Assembly: GCA_902584815.1 (NCBI GenBank)
Contig: CACIBF010000004.1
Location: forward strand, 5,217-69,216
Direction of reading: 5' to 3'
Source of the DNA: an uncultured Pelagibacteraceae bacterium
GTDB lineage: Bacteria > Pseudomonadota > Alphaproteobacteria > Pelagibacterales > AG-422-B15
DNA length: 64,000 bases
The position numbers and the translations under genes are program-made. Under the pieces are notes generated by a model that did no database searches, was not told the DNA's origin, and saw only the letters and a list, made by a program, of their open reading frames with translations. Each line of letters starts with the position of its first letter. Position 1 is the first letter of the stretch. Of this stretch, positions 43,146 through 53,695 are shown one piece after another.

Positions 43146-44432
43146 TTGACCATCAGTGATGACAGCGTTAATGCGCTCTTAGATTCTCTATTAGAGCTGC
43201 ACCCAAAAAAGATAGATCTGTCTCTTGATCGATCTTTTGCCCTACTCAATGAACTTGGAAACCCTCAAGATAAAATTAACAATATCATCCATTTTGCTGG
43301 AACCAATGGTAAGTTTTCAACTCTTAATTTTGTAAAAGAAATTTTAAAGTACAATCAGAAATCAATAAATGCTTACATATCTCCTCACTTGGTAAAATTT
43401 AATGAACGTTTTGAAATACAAGATCAAATTATTTCAAATGAAACTCTTCATCAAACCCTATCAGATGTGAAAGATGCAAATAATTTGGACCCTATTACTT
43501 TCTTTGAAATTACCTCTGCAGGATTCTTTAAACTAGCAGCTGAACACTCATCTGATTACACACTTCTTGAAACAGGTCTTGGCGGACGGCTTGATTCAAG
43601 TAATGTGATGACACCTTTAATATCGGTCATTGCTTCAATTTCTCATGACCATCATGATTTTTTGGGAGACACCATTGAAAAAATAGCGGCTGAAAAAGCA
43701 GGGATTATTAAGAAAAATGTTCCCATTGTTATTGGCTACCAACCATTTAATGAAGCAAGAAGAGTTTTACTTGAGTACGCTGAATCAATCAAAGCACCAA
43801 CATTTATGTATGATCAAGATTATACAATGAACAAAGATGGAGATCATTTAGTTTACGAGGATGAAAAGCATAAAATTAGATTTGAAAACTTAAACCATCA
43901 GGGTGAATTTCAAATTAAAAATTTAGGTCTTGCCATAGCAACCTGTTTTCAACTTGAAGATATCAATGTTCATTCTTTTCTTGAGAACAACTTACACCAA
44001 AAAGTATATTTTCCAGGTCGCTTTGAAAAGTTAGAGAATAATGCTTTAAATAACCTTATCTCTGAGCAAAATGAATTGTATCTTGATGGCTCTCACAACC
44101 CAGATGCTGCAGCCAACATCAATGAAGCGCTTAGATCTTTATCAGAAAAGAAGCTTTGTATTGTTATTGGAATGTTGAATACAAAAGACCCTAGAGAGTA
44201 TATTCAACAATTCTCTAATATCGAAAGCATTCATACAATCAGTATACCTGGCGAAGAAAATATTTTGGACTCATTAACGCTGAAGAACATGGTCCAGGAC
44301 CAATGTCAAAATACTTATACCAGTGAAAATATCGAAAGTGCAGTACAAGACATAGCATCTAAAAATCCAGATGCACGTATCTTGATCTGTGGTTCGCTCT
44401 ATTTAGCGGGACAAGTTTTAAAGAATAATTAA
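43146..44432 (+). CDS. folC: Bifunctional folylpolyglutamate synthase / dihydrofolate synthase
   Basis: It has a TTG start. The Mur-ligase-type P-loop is HFAGTNGKFST, and motifs LETGLGGRLD and DGSHNPDAA are present. Confidence 0.9.
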   Translation: MTISDDSVNALLDSLLELHPKKIDLSLDRSFALLNELGNPQDKINNIIHFAGTNGKFSTLNFVKEILKYNQKSINAYISPHLVKFNERFEIQDQIISNETLHQTLSDVKDANNLDPITFFEITSAGFFKLAAEHSSDYTLLETGLGGRLDSSNVMTPLISVIASISHDHHDFLGDTIEKIAAEKAGIIKKNVPIVIGYQPFNEARRVLLEYAESIKAPTFMYDQDYTMNKDGDHLVYEDEKHKIRFENLNHQGEFQIKNLGLAIATCFQLEDINVHSFLENNLHQKVYFPGRFEKLENNALNNLISEQNELYLDGSHNPDAAANINEALRSLSEKKLCIVIGMLNTKDPREYIQQFSNIESIHTISIPGEENILDSLTLKNMVQDQCQNTYTSENIESAVQDIASKNPDARILICGSLYLAGQVLKNN

Positions 44433-44752
44433 GCTATGGAATCTTCAATCCACTCAACGATAGCTGGCTTTGAAACAGCGCCAACCTTTTGAGCAGCAGC
44501 TTCACCATTTTTAAATACAAGCATAGTCGGTATTCCTCTTACGCCGTATTTCGTTGGGCTCACTGGATTCTCATCAATATTGATTTTAGCTACAGTAATC
44601 TTATCTTTCATTTCATCAGAGATCTCTTCAAGAGATGGTCCAATTTGTTTACATGGTCCACACCAAGGTGCCCAGAAATCTAGAACAACTGGTTTGTCTG
44701 ATTTTAATACTTCTTCTTCAAAAGTTGCGTCTGTTACATTTATTGTAGCCAT
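44429..44752 (-). CDS. trxA: Thioredoxin
   Basis: The active site is WAPWCGPCK. I start it at MATINVTDATFEEEVL (ATG at 44752, preceded by aaagaggg) rather than the track start at 44797. It is about 107 aa. Confidence 0.93.
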   Translation of the reverse strand: MATINVTDATFEEEVLKSDKPVVLDFWAPWCGPCKQIGPSLEEISDEMKDKITVAKINIDENPVSPTKYGVRGIPTMLVFKNGEAAAQKVGAVSKPAIVEWIEDSIA

Positions 44753-44843
44753 AATAATACCCTCTTTGATTGCCCTAAATGTATGTATTAAGGGCAAAAA
44801 GTCAAGGTCTAAGACTTAGTTATACACGTTTAACTAACTGAAT

Positions 44844-45845
44844 TTACTTAATTTTTTTTATTTTAGAGTCTAAATTCTCACTATTTTCGGGTATTCTTTT
44901 ATCTGGTGTTAGACCCCCTAATTTAATCATTTTTTCGACTCGGGACACCAAGCTTCCTTTGCCATCTCTCAATCTTGACTTTGCCGTCTCCACTGAATTC
45001 ATTGATTTTCGAAGCTCAAGACCAGCTGACTCAAATGCAGTATAAACCTTTTCAACCTGACTGTAGATCTCAAGAGCTGTATTTGCAATCTGATCTGCAT
45101 TCTTATTTCTCTCATTAATCGACCACATATTGTCAACGATCTTTAATACAGAAACCAATGTCGATGGGCTTGCAAGTATGACTTTGTACTTATTCGCCTC
45201 AACGATAATATCTTCAACTTTATCCATCATTGAATCAAAAGCACTTTCATAGGGCATAAACATAATCACAGCATCAAGTGATTTAATTTCATAAATTTTT
45301 TGATAATTGGCTTCACTCAATTTTTTAATATGAGAACGAATAGATGTAATATGTCTTTTGTGCGCTTCAGTTTTTTCATCTTCCGTTTCAGCTTCACAGT
45401 AATCTTTCCATGCTGTTAGTGACACTTTACTATCAATAATAAGATCTCTTTCATCAGGCAAGTGAACAATGACATCGGGATATTTTCTCTTTAACTCACC
45501 ATCAACCTCATCATCAAATTTCTTTTGCAATTCAAAATCTTTACCTTCACGCAATCCTGCTTGGTTTAGTATATTGTTTAATAAGATCTCTCCCATCATA
45601 CCTTGCTTTTTCGTTCCACCTGTAAATGCAGTTGTAATCTTATTGATCACATCATAGCGTTCATCATCTTTTCCATCACGCGCTGCAATTTGATTGGTTA
45701 GATTTTGAACTAGTGCTTTGACATCATCCAGGTCGTTTGGCAGCTGAGTATCAGAAGAAGTCTTTCGATTAAAAATAAAAAAGGCAGCCGCGAACCCAAT
45801 CACAATTCCAACCAACAACATAATTAAAGACATAGACTCAAACAT
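44844..45845 (-). CDS. rmuC: DNA recombination protein RmuC
   Basis: It has an N-terminal TM helix, a coiled-coil and a C-terminal RmuC nuclease-like domain (PDVIVHLPDERDLIIDSKVSL, IMFMPYESAF). Confidence 0.85.
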   Translation of the reverse strand: MFESMSLIMLLVGIVIGFAAAFFIFNRKTSSDTQLPNDLDDVKALVQNLTNQIAARDGKDDERYDVINKITTAFTGGTKKQGMMGEILLNNILNQAGLREGKDFELQKKFDDEVDGELKRKYPDVIVHLPDERDLIIDSKVSLTAWKDYCEAETEDEKTEAHKRHITSIRSHIKKLSEANYQKIYEIKSLDAVIMFMPYESAFDSMMDKVEDIIVEANKYKVILASPSTLVSVLKIVDNMWSINERNKNADQIANTALEIYSQVEKVYTAFESAGLELRKSMNSVETAKSRLRDGKGSLVSRVEKMIKLGGLTPDKRIPENSENLDSKIKKIK

Positions 45846-45850
45846 TACAC

Positions 45851-47275
45851 TTATCCATTCAATTTACTTTTATGATAGTCTTCAAGCTCTTGAATGTAAT
45901 CATCAATTTCTTGAAGACGATCGAGATCATATTGATCTTCTTTTTCACGCAAATCATCAATTTCTTTTTGTGCTTCAGCAATTGTATTCCACTTGCATTT
46001 ATCCATAGACAACACACGCTCAGCGACCTCACGATCACGTCGCGAAAGCTCATTTTTTGGCAAGATTTCAGGCTTTTCATTATATATCACTCGCTTTGCA
46101 AACTCTTTAATTCTCATATCACTGATCTTTTCAGCGATATCATATTTTTTATCCCAGGCTGCTGCATGAAAGTCCTTCATTAAGTAATTATCTTTATTAT
46201 CTGGGAACCCATTATAGATTTGCTCTTCAACTGGCTTTTCACTTTGATCGTCCGAATATGATTTCTCTTCACTCATATCAAGGATTAGGTTTTCAAATCG
46301 CTCAATAAAGTTTTTATTGCCACGAATTTTTTTCATTCTCTCCTGAATTTCTTCAGGTTTTTCATCCTTGTATTCTTCAGTCTGATACAGGAATTCCTCA
46401 TCTAATAAGATTGGTTGCTCGTTTGCTTTAACTAAATGAAAACATTTATTTTTACCCTTAAACATTTTCTTTAATTCACTGCGATCTAATGAACAGACCA
46501 TATCTGGATCAAATTTAAGATCAAAACAGTATATTTGATTTTCATAGCTTGGATTTTTTGTAATATACGCTAATCCGTGAGTGTATTCTTTGCCTCTAAA
46601 AAATCGGCTCACACAGAACACCTTATCTTGATTAATATATTCAAAGACATCTTGCTTTGAAACAGTGCGCAATGAACTATCCCATACACTTCCACAGCGT
46701 TCTTTAATCAATTTACACACACCAAGTGTAGCCTCGACATCTGATAACGCATCATGGGCCTTACTATGTAAAATGCCATTTGAGCTTGCAAACTTTTCTA
46801 ATTGAAAAGTAATCTTTCCCGTATCATCATTTAAGGGTCGAACAAAAGCATTTGGAAACACTGCCGCAGCCGAGTGTAATAACTTCATAGCATCTCCCCG
46901 CTTGTTTCCATTTGTATTTGTTAAGTATGGAGGCAACGCTGATTGATACAACGCTTGACGAAGAAAATGTTCATCGAACGCAATACTGTTATAGCCAATA
47001 AACGTCAGTTCACCCCACGACAATAATGTTTGTTGTATTTCACTAACCAATCCAAAATTTGTGTTCTCATGGTTTCGTAATTGATCAATCGTACACCCAT
47101 TAACAATTAAAGCTTTCGGATGCGGCACAGGATATTCTTTCTTCATCTGTCCCCGAAGATCAAACTGATCAATGATATTAAAATTTTCATCTGTGCTGAT
47201 TGCGGCCGCTTGTACAATTGAGTCAAATGCTGAACTCAACCCAGTGGTTTCAAAGTCGTAAAATACGTATTTCAT
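45851..47275 (-). CDS. sbcB: Exodeoxyribonuclease I
   Basis: The N-terminal DEDD exonuclease begins FYDFETTGL. Other motifs are IGYNSIAFDEHFLR and KAHDALSDVEAT. The 474-aa length and C-terminal SH3-like/helical region match ExoI. Confidence 0.88.
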   Translation of the reverse strand: MKYVFYDFETTGLSSAFDSIVQAAAISTDENFNIIDQFDLRGQMKKEYPVPHPKALIVNGCTIDQLRNHENTNFGLVSEIQQTLLSWGELTFIGYNSIAFDEHFLRQALYQSALPPYLTNTNGNKRGDAMKLLHSAAAVFPNAFVRPLNDDTGKITFQLEKFASSNGILHSKAHDALSDVEATLGVCKLIKERCGSVWDSSLRTVSKQDVFEYINQDKVFCVSRFFRGKEYTHGLAYITKNPSYENQIYCFDLKFDPDMVCSLDRSELKKMFKGKNKCFHLVKANEQPILLDEEFLYQTEEYKDEKPEEIQERMKKIRGNKNFIERFENLILDMSEEKSYSDDQSEKPVEEQIYNGFPDNKDNYLMKDFHAAAWDKKYDIAEKISDMRIKEFAKRVIYNEKPEILPKNELSRRDREVAERVLSMDKCKWNTIAEAQKEIDDLREKEDQYDLDRLQEIDDYIQELEDYHKSKLNG

Positions 47276-47309
47276 AAATTTAAAAATAGAATCACTTGAT
47301 TATACCACT

Positions 47310-47544
47310 TTAGTGGATTTTTTTTGATGATTTAAAAAACATAGCCATATCAACAAATTCAACTCTTTGTCTTCTTTGAATTCTGACAGGTAATACGGGT
47401 GGGATGAGGTTTTTAAATCGTACTTTTATTTTGAAAATATCTCGTTGCTTCTTCATAAGATTTGCGGCCATATATTTTAGCTAAACCATGGAAAAACAAG
47501 TCTATTGGGGTGCCGATGACGATCTCTGCGAATCCACTGTTCAT
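47310..47544 (-). other. Two overlapping sub-threshold ORFs in different frames: 43 aa (47413-47544) and 53 aa (47310-47471). Possible decayed or frameshifted small gene
   Basis: My translations are MNSGFAEIVIGTPIDLFFHGLAKIYGRKSYEEATRYFQNKSTI* and MAANLMKKQRDIFKIKVRFKNLIPPVLPVRIQRRQRVEFVDMAMFFKSSKKIH*. The stretch looks GC-richer than typical spacers here. It lies in an unusually long 351-bp gap. I recognise no family. Confidence 0.2.
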
Positions 47545-47626
47545 AATAAAAAATTATATCAGCCGATATGAATTTGTTAAACAATAATTCTCTATGAATT
47601 AGGATAAAAAATTATACCATTAATAT

Positions 47627-48262
47627 ATGAGTCAAATACTTGCCCAGCCACGGTTTCGTGGTGTTATGCACCACGTGATGTTCTTTGTCTCAATCGTTGC
47701 TTGTATTCCTCTTATTTTGAAATCAACAAATTATACAGAAGTAACATCGATGATTATTTATTCGGTTGGGTTATTGTCAATGTTTGGCTTTAGTGCTCTT
47801 TACCATCGTAGAAAGTCAACTATTGAAGTTAAGAAGTTTCTGCGCAAACTCGATCATACTGGAATTTTTCTTATGATTGCTGGAACTTTTACTCCAGTCT
47901 GTTTATTGGCTCTGCCACCAGAGAGTGGCTTAACATTATTAACAATTATATGGATTGTTGCGTTTATCGGAATATTACAATCGATGTTCTTTGGGAATAT
48001 TCATAGAATACTTCGTGCATCTATTTACCTGATAGCTGGATACGTGGCACTTCCATTTATGTCTGTTATTTTTTTATCTCTCAGTACAAGTAAAATAGTT
48101 TTAGTTGTTACAGGTGGTGTAATCTATTCAATGGGGGCTGTTGCTTATGGATTTAAGTTTCCAAAATTAAATCCTGATGTCTTTGGATTTCATGAAGTAT
48201 TTCATACCCTTGTAATTATTGCTGCAATACTTCACTTTATTGTTGTCTACAGTTTAATTTAA
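47627..48262 (+). CDS. Hemolysin III / PAQR family 7-TM membrane protein
   Basis: 211 aa with seven hydrophobic segments. The family motifs are SALYHR, LDHTGIFLMIAGTFTP and HEVFHTLV. Confidence 0.85.
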   Translation: MSQILAQPRFRGVMHHVMFFVSIVACIPLILKSTNYTEVTSMIIYSVGLLSMFGFSALYHRRKSTIEVKKFLRKLDHTGIFLMIAGTFTPVCLLALPPESGLTLLTIIWIVAFIGILQSMFFGNIHRILRASIYLIAGYVALPFMSVIFLSLSTSKIVLVVTGGVIYSMGAVAYGFKFPKLNPDVFGFHEVFHTLVIIAAILHFIVVYSLI

Positions 48263-48270
48263 TCAGAGCA

Positions 48271-48423
48271 TTAATTATTAAATATTTTTTGGGTAATTTT
48301 GATAAATAGAAATATCATTATAAGTCCACCTATTATTGCTAATACAAAATTGATTTTATATAAGAAAAAAACACCATAGGCCAAAATAGACAAGGCAATA
48401 TTGTAGTATACAAATTTTGACAT
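48271..48423 (-). CDS. Small two-helix membrane protein candidate (50 aa, below the ORF-track cutoff)
   Basis: My translation is MSKFVYYNIALSILAYGVFFLYKINFVLAIIGGLIMIFLFIKITQKIFNN*. It starts 9 nt after the DUF2237 stop, on the same strand as the ure operon. No homology call is possible. Confidence 0.4.
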   Translation of the reverse strand: MSKFVYYNIALSILAYGVFFLYKINFVLAIIGGLIMIFLFIKITQKIFNN

Positions 48424-48432
48424 GAATAAATT

Positions 48433-48810
48433 TTAATTTAGTCGATGCATTGCGTGCTGTTCGAGATCTTCTAAGTTTACAAACTCAAGCGCTTTTTGGT
48501 GACAGCTTTCTAAAAATACACGAGGAGCAACTCCTGCTTCAAATGCCTCTTGCCACCTCATGGCACAGAGACACCAACGATCTCCTTCTTTTAGACCAGG
48601 AAAATTAAATTCAGGTCGAGGTGTTGATAAATCATTTCCTCTTTCTTTACTGAATGCTAAAAAAGCATCAGTTACTTCACAGCAAACAACATGACTTCCA
48701 TGATCAAAGTCATCTGTATTACAATAACCATCACGCTTCCATCCTGTCAAAGGATCGAAACAACAGGCATCCATTTCTTCTCCAAAAATATTTAATACTT
48801 TTTCTGCCAT
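48433..48810 (-). CDS. DUF2237 family protein (small Cys-rich cytoplasmic protein)
   Basis: 125 aa. The pattern CCFDPLTGWKRDGYC...HGSHVVCCEVT...RWCLCAMRWQEA matches DUF2237 as I recall it. Its ATG overlaps the ureG stop (TAATG). Confidence 0.7.
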   Translation of the reverse strand: MAEKVLNIFGEEMDACCFDPLTGWKRDGYCNTDDFDHGSHVVCCEVTDAFLAFSKERGNDLSTPRPEFNFPGLKEGDRWCLCAMRWQEAFEAGVAPRVFLESCHQKALEFVNLEDLEQHAMHRLN

Positions 48811-49433
48811 TAAGATAATGTTGATAAGCCACCTTCAGATTCTAAAAAATTTGAAATTTCGATTATACCCTTATTATGTTTCATCTCACCAAATATAAAA
48901 GGCATACCATCTCTAGCATTTTCAACATCTATTTTCATTTGTTCTAAGTTCACATCGACATATTCTGCAAGATCCATCTTATTTATTACTAGTAAATCTG
49001 ACTTCTTTATTGCAGGTCCTCCTTTACGAGGAATGTCTCCGCCCATTCCAACATCAATTACGTATATTGATAAATCAACTAGTTCTGGACTAAAAGTAGC
49101 AGCAAGGTTATCACCGCCAGACTCTATTAATAACAAACTGAGATCAGGAAACTTCTCTTTCATTTCTTCAACAGCTAGTAAATTTATTGATGCGTCTTCA
49201 CGAATTGCTGTATGAGGACAGCCACCAGTTTCAACTCCTTTAATTCGCTCTATAGGAAGAGCTTGGACTTTCATTAAATATTCTGCATCTTCAATTGTAT
49301 AAATGTCATTTGATATTACAGCCATCGACAACTTTGGTGAAAGATAGCGGCACAACGCTTCTGTTAGACTAGTTTTACCTGCGCCTACAGGTCCTCCAAT
49401 ACCTATTTTTAATGGACCATGAAAATTGCTCAT
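48810..49433 (-). CDS. ureG: Urease accessory GTPase UreG
   Basis: The P-loop is [11 protein letters not shown]. The CPH metal motif is [13 protein letters not shown]. The NKxD motif is VINKMDL. Confidence 0.96.
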   Translation of the reverse strand: MSNFHGPLKIGIGGPVGAGKTSLTEALCRYLSPKLSMAVISNDIYTIEDAEYLMKVQALPIERIKGVETGGCPHTAIREDASINLLAVEEMKEKFPDLSLLLIESGGDNLAATFSPELVDLSIYVIDVGMGGDIPRKGGPAIKKSDLLVINKMDLAEYVDVNLEQMKIDVENARDGMPFIFGEMKHNKGIIEISNFLESEGGLSTLS

Positions 49434-50089
49434 GTTACATAAACCCTCGAGGATAGTTTTTCATGCTTCATACTATATATATCTCCATAAAATGATAAAC
49501 CGCTGAGATCATCAAGATTATATTTTTGAGCTGTAACATTAAATTCCTTCAGCATTCCAAGAAAAGCTAAAAGGCAATCTTGACCATCTTTTTGACTTAG
49601 AGGTACATGTTTTACACAAACATTAATTAAATTTGTAATAAATGATTGCATATAAAAATCTGATAATTCTCTAAAAGGTATATTAAATCTCAAACCTGCT
49701 TTAGCTACACAAACGGGAAATGAAGTTTTCTTATCAATATTAAAATTCCAACTCTCTTTCATAATCTTTCTAAATGCATCTCCCATTTGAAGAGTCTCAA
49801 TGTGCCTTTCTTTAGAAGGACAATTGGCTAAAACTAGATCGTTAACATCAGTACCATTATAAGTCGATTTGAGAAAAATATATTCATTCCGACAGGTCCC
49901 TACAAAAAGTGTGGACTCAATGAAATCAATTACATCTTTTTTATTTGTTACTAATTTATTTTCAATCATCGCCTCTAGTCCATGAGAATAAACATACGAT
50001 CCGATAGGAAATGATGAAGAAAACCACGCCTGTAAAATTTGATGTGGCTCAAAAGAAGAAAATTTATTGCTGTTAATGTTTATGGCCAT
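49430..50089 (-). CDS. ureF: Urease accessory protein UreF
   Basis: It has the UreF block [22 protein letters not shown] start it at MAININS (ATG at 50089, about 219 aa) rather than the track start at 50161, which lies deep inside ureE. Confidence 0.88.
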   Translation of the reverse strand: MAININSNKFSSFEPHQILQAWFSSSFPIGSYVYSHGLEAMIENKLVTNKKDVIDFIESTLFVGTCRNEYIFLKSTYNGTDVNDLVLANCPSKERHIETLQMGDAFRKIMKESWNFNIDKKTSFPVCVAKAGLRFNIPFRELSDFYMQSFITNLINVCVKHVPLSQKDGQDCLLAFLGMLKEFNVTAQKYNLDDLSGLSFYGDIYSMKHEKLSSRVYVT

Positions 50090-50522
50090 GTGTCCTTCCA
50101 ATTCCATACGCCCCACCCTCAGGATTGAATTGTTCGATAATAAGCTTTGTCTCCCCGCCAAGTCTATGGATCATATCCTGAATAATATCATCTTCTTGAA
50201 TTAATATTCTGTCGGTTTCAATTTGGCATGGTATATGTCGATTTCCAATATGCCATACTAACCTATTAAGATTACTACTTCTTATTTCAATAAGACGCTC
50301 TTCTTTTGATTTTATTTTTATTATTTTTCCATGCCTTAATTTAAATGCCTGATCGTTAAAGACAGATTTCATCTCCTCGAGATCGACAAGGAATTCATAA
50401 CCATTATCAGAGATTAATTTTTTACGCCTTATGAATCTTTCATCATAAGTTAATGAGATCGTATCTGTATCAGCAGATAGATCTAAATGACTTAAAATTG
50501 AGTTACAAATGTCCATATTCAA
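50073..50522 (-). CDS. ureE: Urease accessory metallochaperone UreE
   Basis: It has the UreE N- and C-domains ([14 protein letters not shown]). The C-terminus is short and His-containing (GRTHGHKH). Confidence 0.88.
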   Translation of the reverse strand: MNMDICNSILSHLDLSADTDTISLTYDERFIRRKKLISDNGYEFLVDLEEMKSVFNDQAFKLRHGKIIKIKSKEERLIEIRSSNLNRLVWHIGNRHIPCQIETDRILIQEDDIIQDMIHRLGGETKLIIEQFNPEGGAYGIGRTHGHKH

Positions 50523-52225
50523 TACATAAAATATCTCTGAGCCATAGGCAATTCTTCAGCAGGCTCGCAAGTGATTATTTCACCATTTGCTCTAACTTCA
50601 TATGTCTCAGGATTAACATCAATTTTTGGACAAACGTCATTCAGAATCATATCTTTTTTGGATATAGATCGAGTATTAAAGACTGGTAAGATATCTTTTT
50701 TAATTTCTAAATGATTAAGATTTCCTGATTCTAAAGATTCTTTACTTACAAATGTGTAGGAAGACTTTTCTAACGATTTACCAAAACTTGCAAACATTGG
50801 TCTTGTAAAAACTGGTTGAGGTGTTGGAATAGAAGCGTTTGGATCACCCATTTGTGAGCATGCAATGCTACCTCCCATTATAACCATTTCCGGTTTGACT
50901 CCAAAAAATGCAGGGTCCCAAATTACTATATCAGCTTTTTTATTTTTTTCTAAGCTTCCAACATAAGAAGATATTCCATGAGCTATCGAAGGATTAATAG
51001 TATATTTTGCAATATACCTTTTTACTCTTAAATTATCATTATCACCTTGTTCTTCAGCTAGTCTTCCTCTTTGAACTTTCATCTTATGAGCAGTTTGCCA
51101 TGTTCGAATTATAACTTCACCAACCCTTCCCATGGCTTGACTATCAGATGCAATAATTGAAAAAGCCCCCATATCATGAAGAATATCTTCCGCTGCCATT
51201 GTTTCTCTTCGAATTCGACTTTCTGCAAACGCTACATCTTCGGGAATTGATTTATCTAAATGGTGGCAAACCATAAGCATGTCTAAGTGTTCCTCAACTG
51301 TATTGACTGTAAAAGGTCGGGTTGGATTAGTGGATGAAGGTAAAACATATGACTCCCCACAAATTTTTATTATATCTGGGGCGTGACCCCCTCCAGCACC
51401 TTCAGTATGAAAAGTATGAATTGTTCTTTTATTAATAGCATTAATTGTATTCTCAACAAATCCACTTTCATTAAGAGTATCAGTATGTATCATTACTTGA
51501 ACATCATATTTGTCAGCAATATTTAAACAGTTATCAATTGCTGCAGGAGTTGAACCCCAATCTTCATGAAGTTTAAGCGCAGCTGCACCCCCCAAAACTT
51601 GTTCTTCAAGTCCTGACGGCAATGAAGAATTGCCTTTTCCCGCATAAGCTAAATTCATAGAGAAAGCATCAGAAGACTGTAACATTCTACCAATGTGCCA
51701 AGGCCCAGGCGTACAAGTCGTCGCTAGCGTTCCATGTGCAGGTCCTGTTCCACCTCCCAGCATTGTAGTAATTCCTGAGTGTAATGCATCATCGATTTGT
51801 TGGGGACAGATAAAATGAATATGACTGTCAAAGCCTCCTGCAGTTACAATTTTACCTTCACCAGCAATGATTTCTGTTCCAGGACCAATGATAATGTCTA
51901 CTCCCGGTTGAGTATCAGGATTTCCTGCTTTTCCAATATGATTAATTTTTCCATCTTTTAAGCCAATGTCTGCCTTAAAAATACCTTTCACGTCTACAAT
52001 CAAAGAATTTGTTATAACAGTATCAACAGCTCCTTCTTCCCGAGAAAGCTGGGATTGACCCATCCCATCTCTTATAACTTTTCCACCACCAAACTTAACT
52101 TCCTCTCCATATAAAGTTAAGTCTTTCTCAACTTCAATAAATAATTCTGTATCAGCTAGTCTGATCTTGTCTCCTTTAGTTGGACCGTACATATCTGTAT
52201 AGGATTCTCGTGATATTTTTTTCAT
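50519..52225 (-). CDS. ureC: Urease alpha subunit
   Basis: 568 aa. The active-site blocks are [28 protein letters not shown] and [17 protein letters not shown]. Confidence 0.98.
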   Translation of the reverse strand: MKKISRESYTDMYGPTKGDKIRLADTELFIEVEKDLTLYGEEVKFGGGKVIRDGMGQSQLSREEGAVDTVITNSLIVDVKGIFKADIGLKDGKINHIGKAGNPDTQPGVDIIIGPGTEIIAGEGKIVTAGGFDSHIHFICPQQIDDALHSGITTMLGGGTGPAHGTLATTCTPGPWHIGRMLQSSDAFSMNLAYAGKGNSSLPSGLEEQVLGGAAALKLHEDWGSTPAAIDNCLNIADKYDVQVMIHTDTLNESGFVENTINAINKRTIHTFHTEGAGGGHAPDIIKICGESYVLPSSTNPTRPFTVNTVEEHLDMLMVCHHLDKSIPEDVAFAESRIRRETMAAEDILHDMGAFSIIASDSQAMGRVGEVIIRTWQTAHKMKVQRGRLAEEQGDNDNLRVKRYIAKYTINPSIAHGISSYVGSLEKNKKADIVIWDPAFFGVKPEMVIMGGSIACSQMGDPNASIPTPQPVFTRPMFASFGKSLEKSSYTFVSKESLESGNLNHLEIKKDILPVFNTRSISKKDMILNDVCPKIDVNPETYEVRANGEIITCEPAEELPMAQRYFMY

Positions 52226-52530
52226 CTTATTTTTCCCATAACTTTTTTATTAAAACCATAAATATTCTTCAATCCTTGAATATCTATGAGCTCAATATCC
52301 CTTGTTTGACCTGGTTCAAATCTAACAGCTGTACCTGATGGTATATTTAATCTTTTTCCTAATGCTCGATCTCTATCAAACTCAAGACTCACATTAACTT
52401 CGGCAAAGTGATAATGACTTCCAACTTGGATTGGACGATCACCAGTATTTGAAACTTTCATGCTTATACTTGCTACGTCTCTATTTAAGATAATCTGATC
52501 TTTTTTTGTTATAATTTCACCTGGTATCAT
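52222..52530 (-). CDS. ureB: Urease beta subunit
   Basis: It begins MIPGEI and contains [17 protein letters not shown] and the [14 protein letters not shown] blocks. Confidence 0.96.
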   Translation of the reverse strand: MIPGEIITKKDQIILNRDVASISMKVSNTGDRPIQVGSHYHFAEVNVSLEFDRDRALGKRLNIPSGTAVRFEPGQTRDIELIDIQGLKNIYGFNKKVMGKIR

Positions 52531-52533
52531 TTT

Positions 52534-52836
52534 TTATCTAATTGGATTATGAACTGTAACTAGTTTTGTGCCATCTGGAAATGTTGCTTCTGTTTGAACT
52601 TCATTTATCATTTCAGGTACTCCTGACATACAATCATCTCTTTTAATAACATGAGCTGCACTTTCCATTAATTCAGCGACAGATTTCCCTTCCCTCGCTC
52701 CCTCAACTACAAAATCAGAAATAATCGAAATTGCTTCAGGATAATTTAATTTAATTCCTTTATTCAATCTATTACGAGCTACCATTGCAGCTAAGCTAAT
52801 CATCATCTTATCAATTTCTCTTGGTGAAAGTTTCAT
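52534..52836 (-). CDS. ureA: Urease gamma subunit
   Basis: It begins [35 protein letters not shown] and ends [15 protein letters not shown]. The ATG at 52836 forms an ATGA overlap with the ureD stop. The track start at 52848 is a GTG. Confidence 0.95.
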   Translation of the reverse strand: MKLSPREIDKMMISLAAMVARNRLNKGIKLNYPEAISIISDFVVEGAREGKSVAELMESAAHVIKRDDCMSGVPEMINEVQTEATFPDGTKLVTVHNPIR

Positions 52837-53630
52837 GCGGCTCCCCACATCTGTGGAATTTTTTTGTTCAATATTATTAATATTATTTTATCAACAAATT
52901 TTTTTAGATAATAATTATTATTGGAAATGCTTCTTATTAAGATTTTCTCATTCCATTGCGAAATTGCTGCGGTAACATGTTCACTATTATGAAGAATTTC
53001 CTCTAAAATACCTTCAAATTTAAGCATTTCTGAACCGAACAACATTATAGTATTCACTGCACATTCATTATTTAAAGTAAATTTTTTATTTTTTATTTTG
53101 CTTATATTATTATCAAAACCAGAAGTTTCAAAATGTAAGAGTTTTTTTCCATTAAATATTTTCCACTGATCTGAATAATAACCAGTCTCAATAGTCTCAT
53201 TCATGGCTGATCTTCCATAAACAACAGTTTCACAGAAAAATAAATTAGAGTTTATTTCAAGATTAAGTTGTATATTACGCTTTAGATTACATTTATTAAA
53301 AAGAATTGTTTCATTTGGTATCCAGAACAAAGTACTATTATCAAGAGTAATGTAGTAATCTAATGTCGCTGAAACACCGTTGCCTGAATAAATTTTTTCA
53401 GCTGCTTGAGTTGTTGAAAAAATTTTTGAGTTTTTAAGATTAATAATAGTTTTATATTTATCACCACTCGTTACACCGCCTGAAGTATTGATCAATACTA
53501 GCTGTTCCAATTCAGAATAAGATTTTGGAAATAATACTTTTGAAGATCCTTGTTGAAAGTTTTTTTTTAAACTTCCATTTATAAAATTAATATCTACTAC
53601 TCCTATTGATTTTTGAAGTTCTAAATTCAT
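52833..53630 (-). CDS. ureD: Urease accessory protein UreD
   Basis: 265 aa. It is the first gene of the ure operon. It has the UreD-like beta-rich pattern ([15 protein letters not shown]). The call rests partly on position. Confidence 0.8.
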   Translation of the reverse strand: MNLELQKSIGVVDINFINGSLKKNFQQGSSKVLFPKSYSELEQLVLINTSGGVTSGDKYKTIINLKNSKIFSTTQAAEKIYSGNGVSATLDYYITLDNSTLFWIPNETILFNKCNLKRNIQLNLEINSNLFFCETVVYGRSAMNETIETGYYSDQWKIFNGKKLLHFETSGFDNNISKIKNKKFTLNNECAVNTIMLFGSEMLKFEGILEEILHNSEHVTAAISQWNEKILIRSISNNNYYLKKFVDKIILIILNKKIPQMWGAA

Positions 53631-53695
53631 TCGAATATCATAATCGTAAAACTAAAAGTTTACAAATTATTGTCATTTGTTTTTATAAGTAATTT

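Noticed and set aside
44770-44797. A 7-bp inverted repeat TTGCCCT-N14-AGGGCAA lies between rmuC and trxA.
   Set aside because: On the transcribed (minus) strand the U-tract precedes rather than follows the stem. On the plus strand the stem is followed by A's. It therefore does not fit a terminator in either direction. It might be an mRNA processing or stability element, but nothing supports that.
47303-47327. A hairpin-plus-T8 (ataCCACtttaGTGGatttttttt) upstream of sbcB could be a terminator.
   Set aside because: The stem is only 4-5 bp with a 2-4 nt loop. The T-tract is on the plus strand, where there is no upstream plus-strand gene to terminate. It is not a credible intrinsic terminator.
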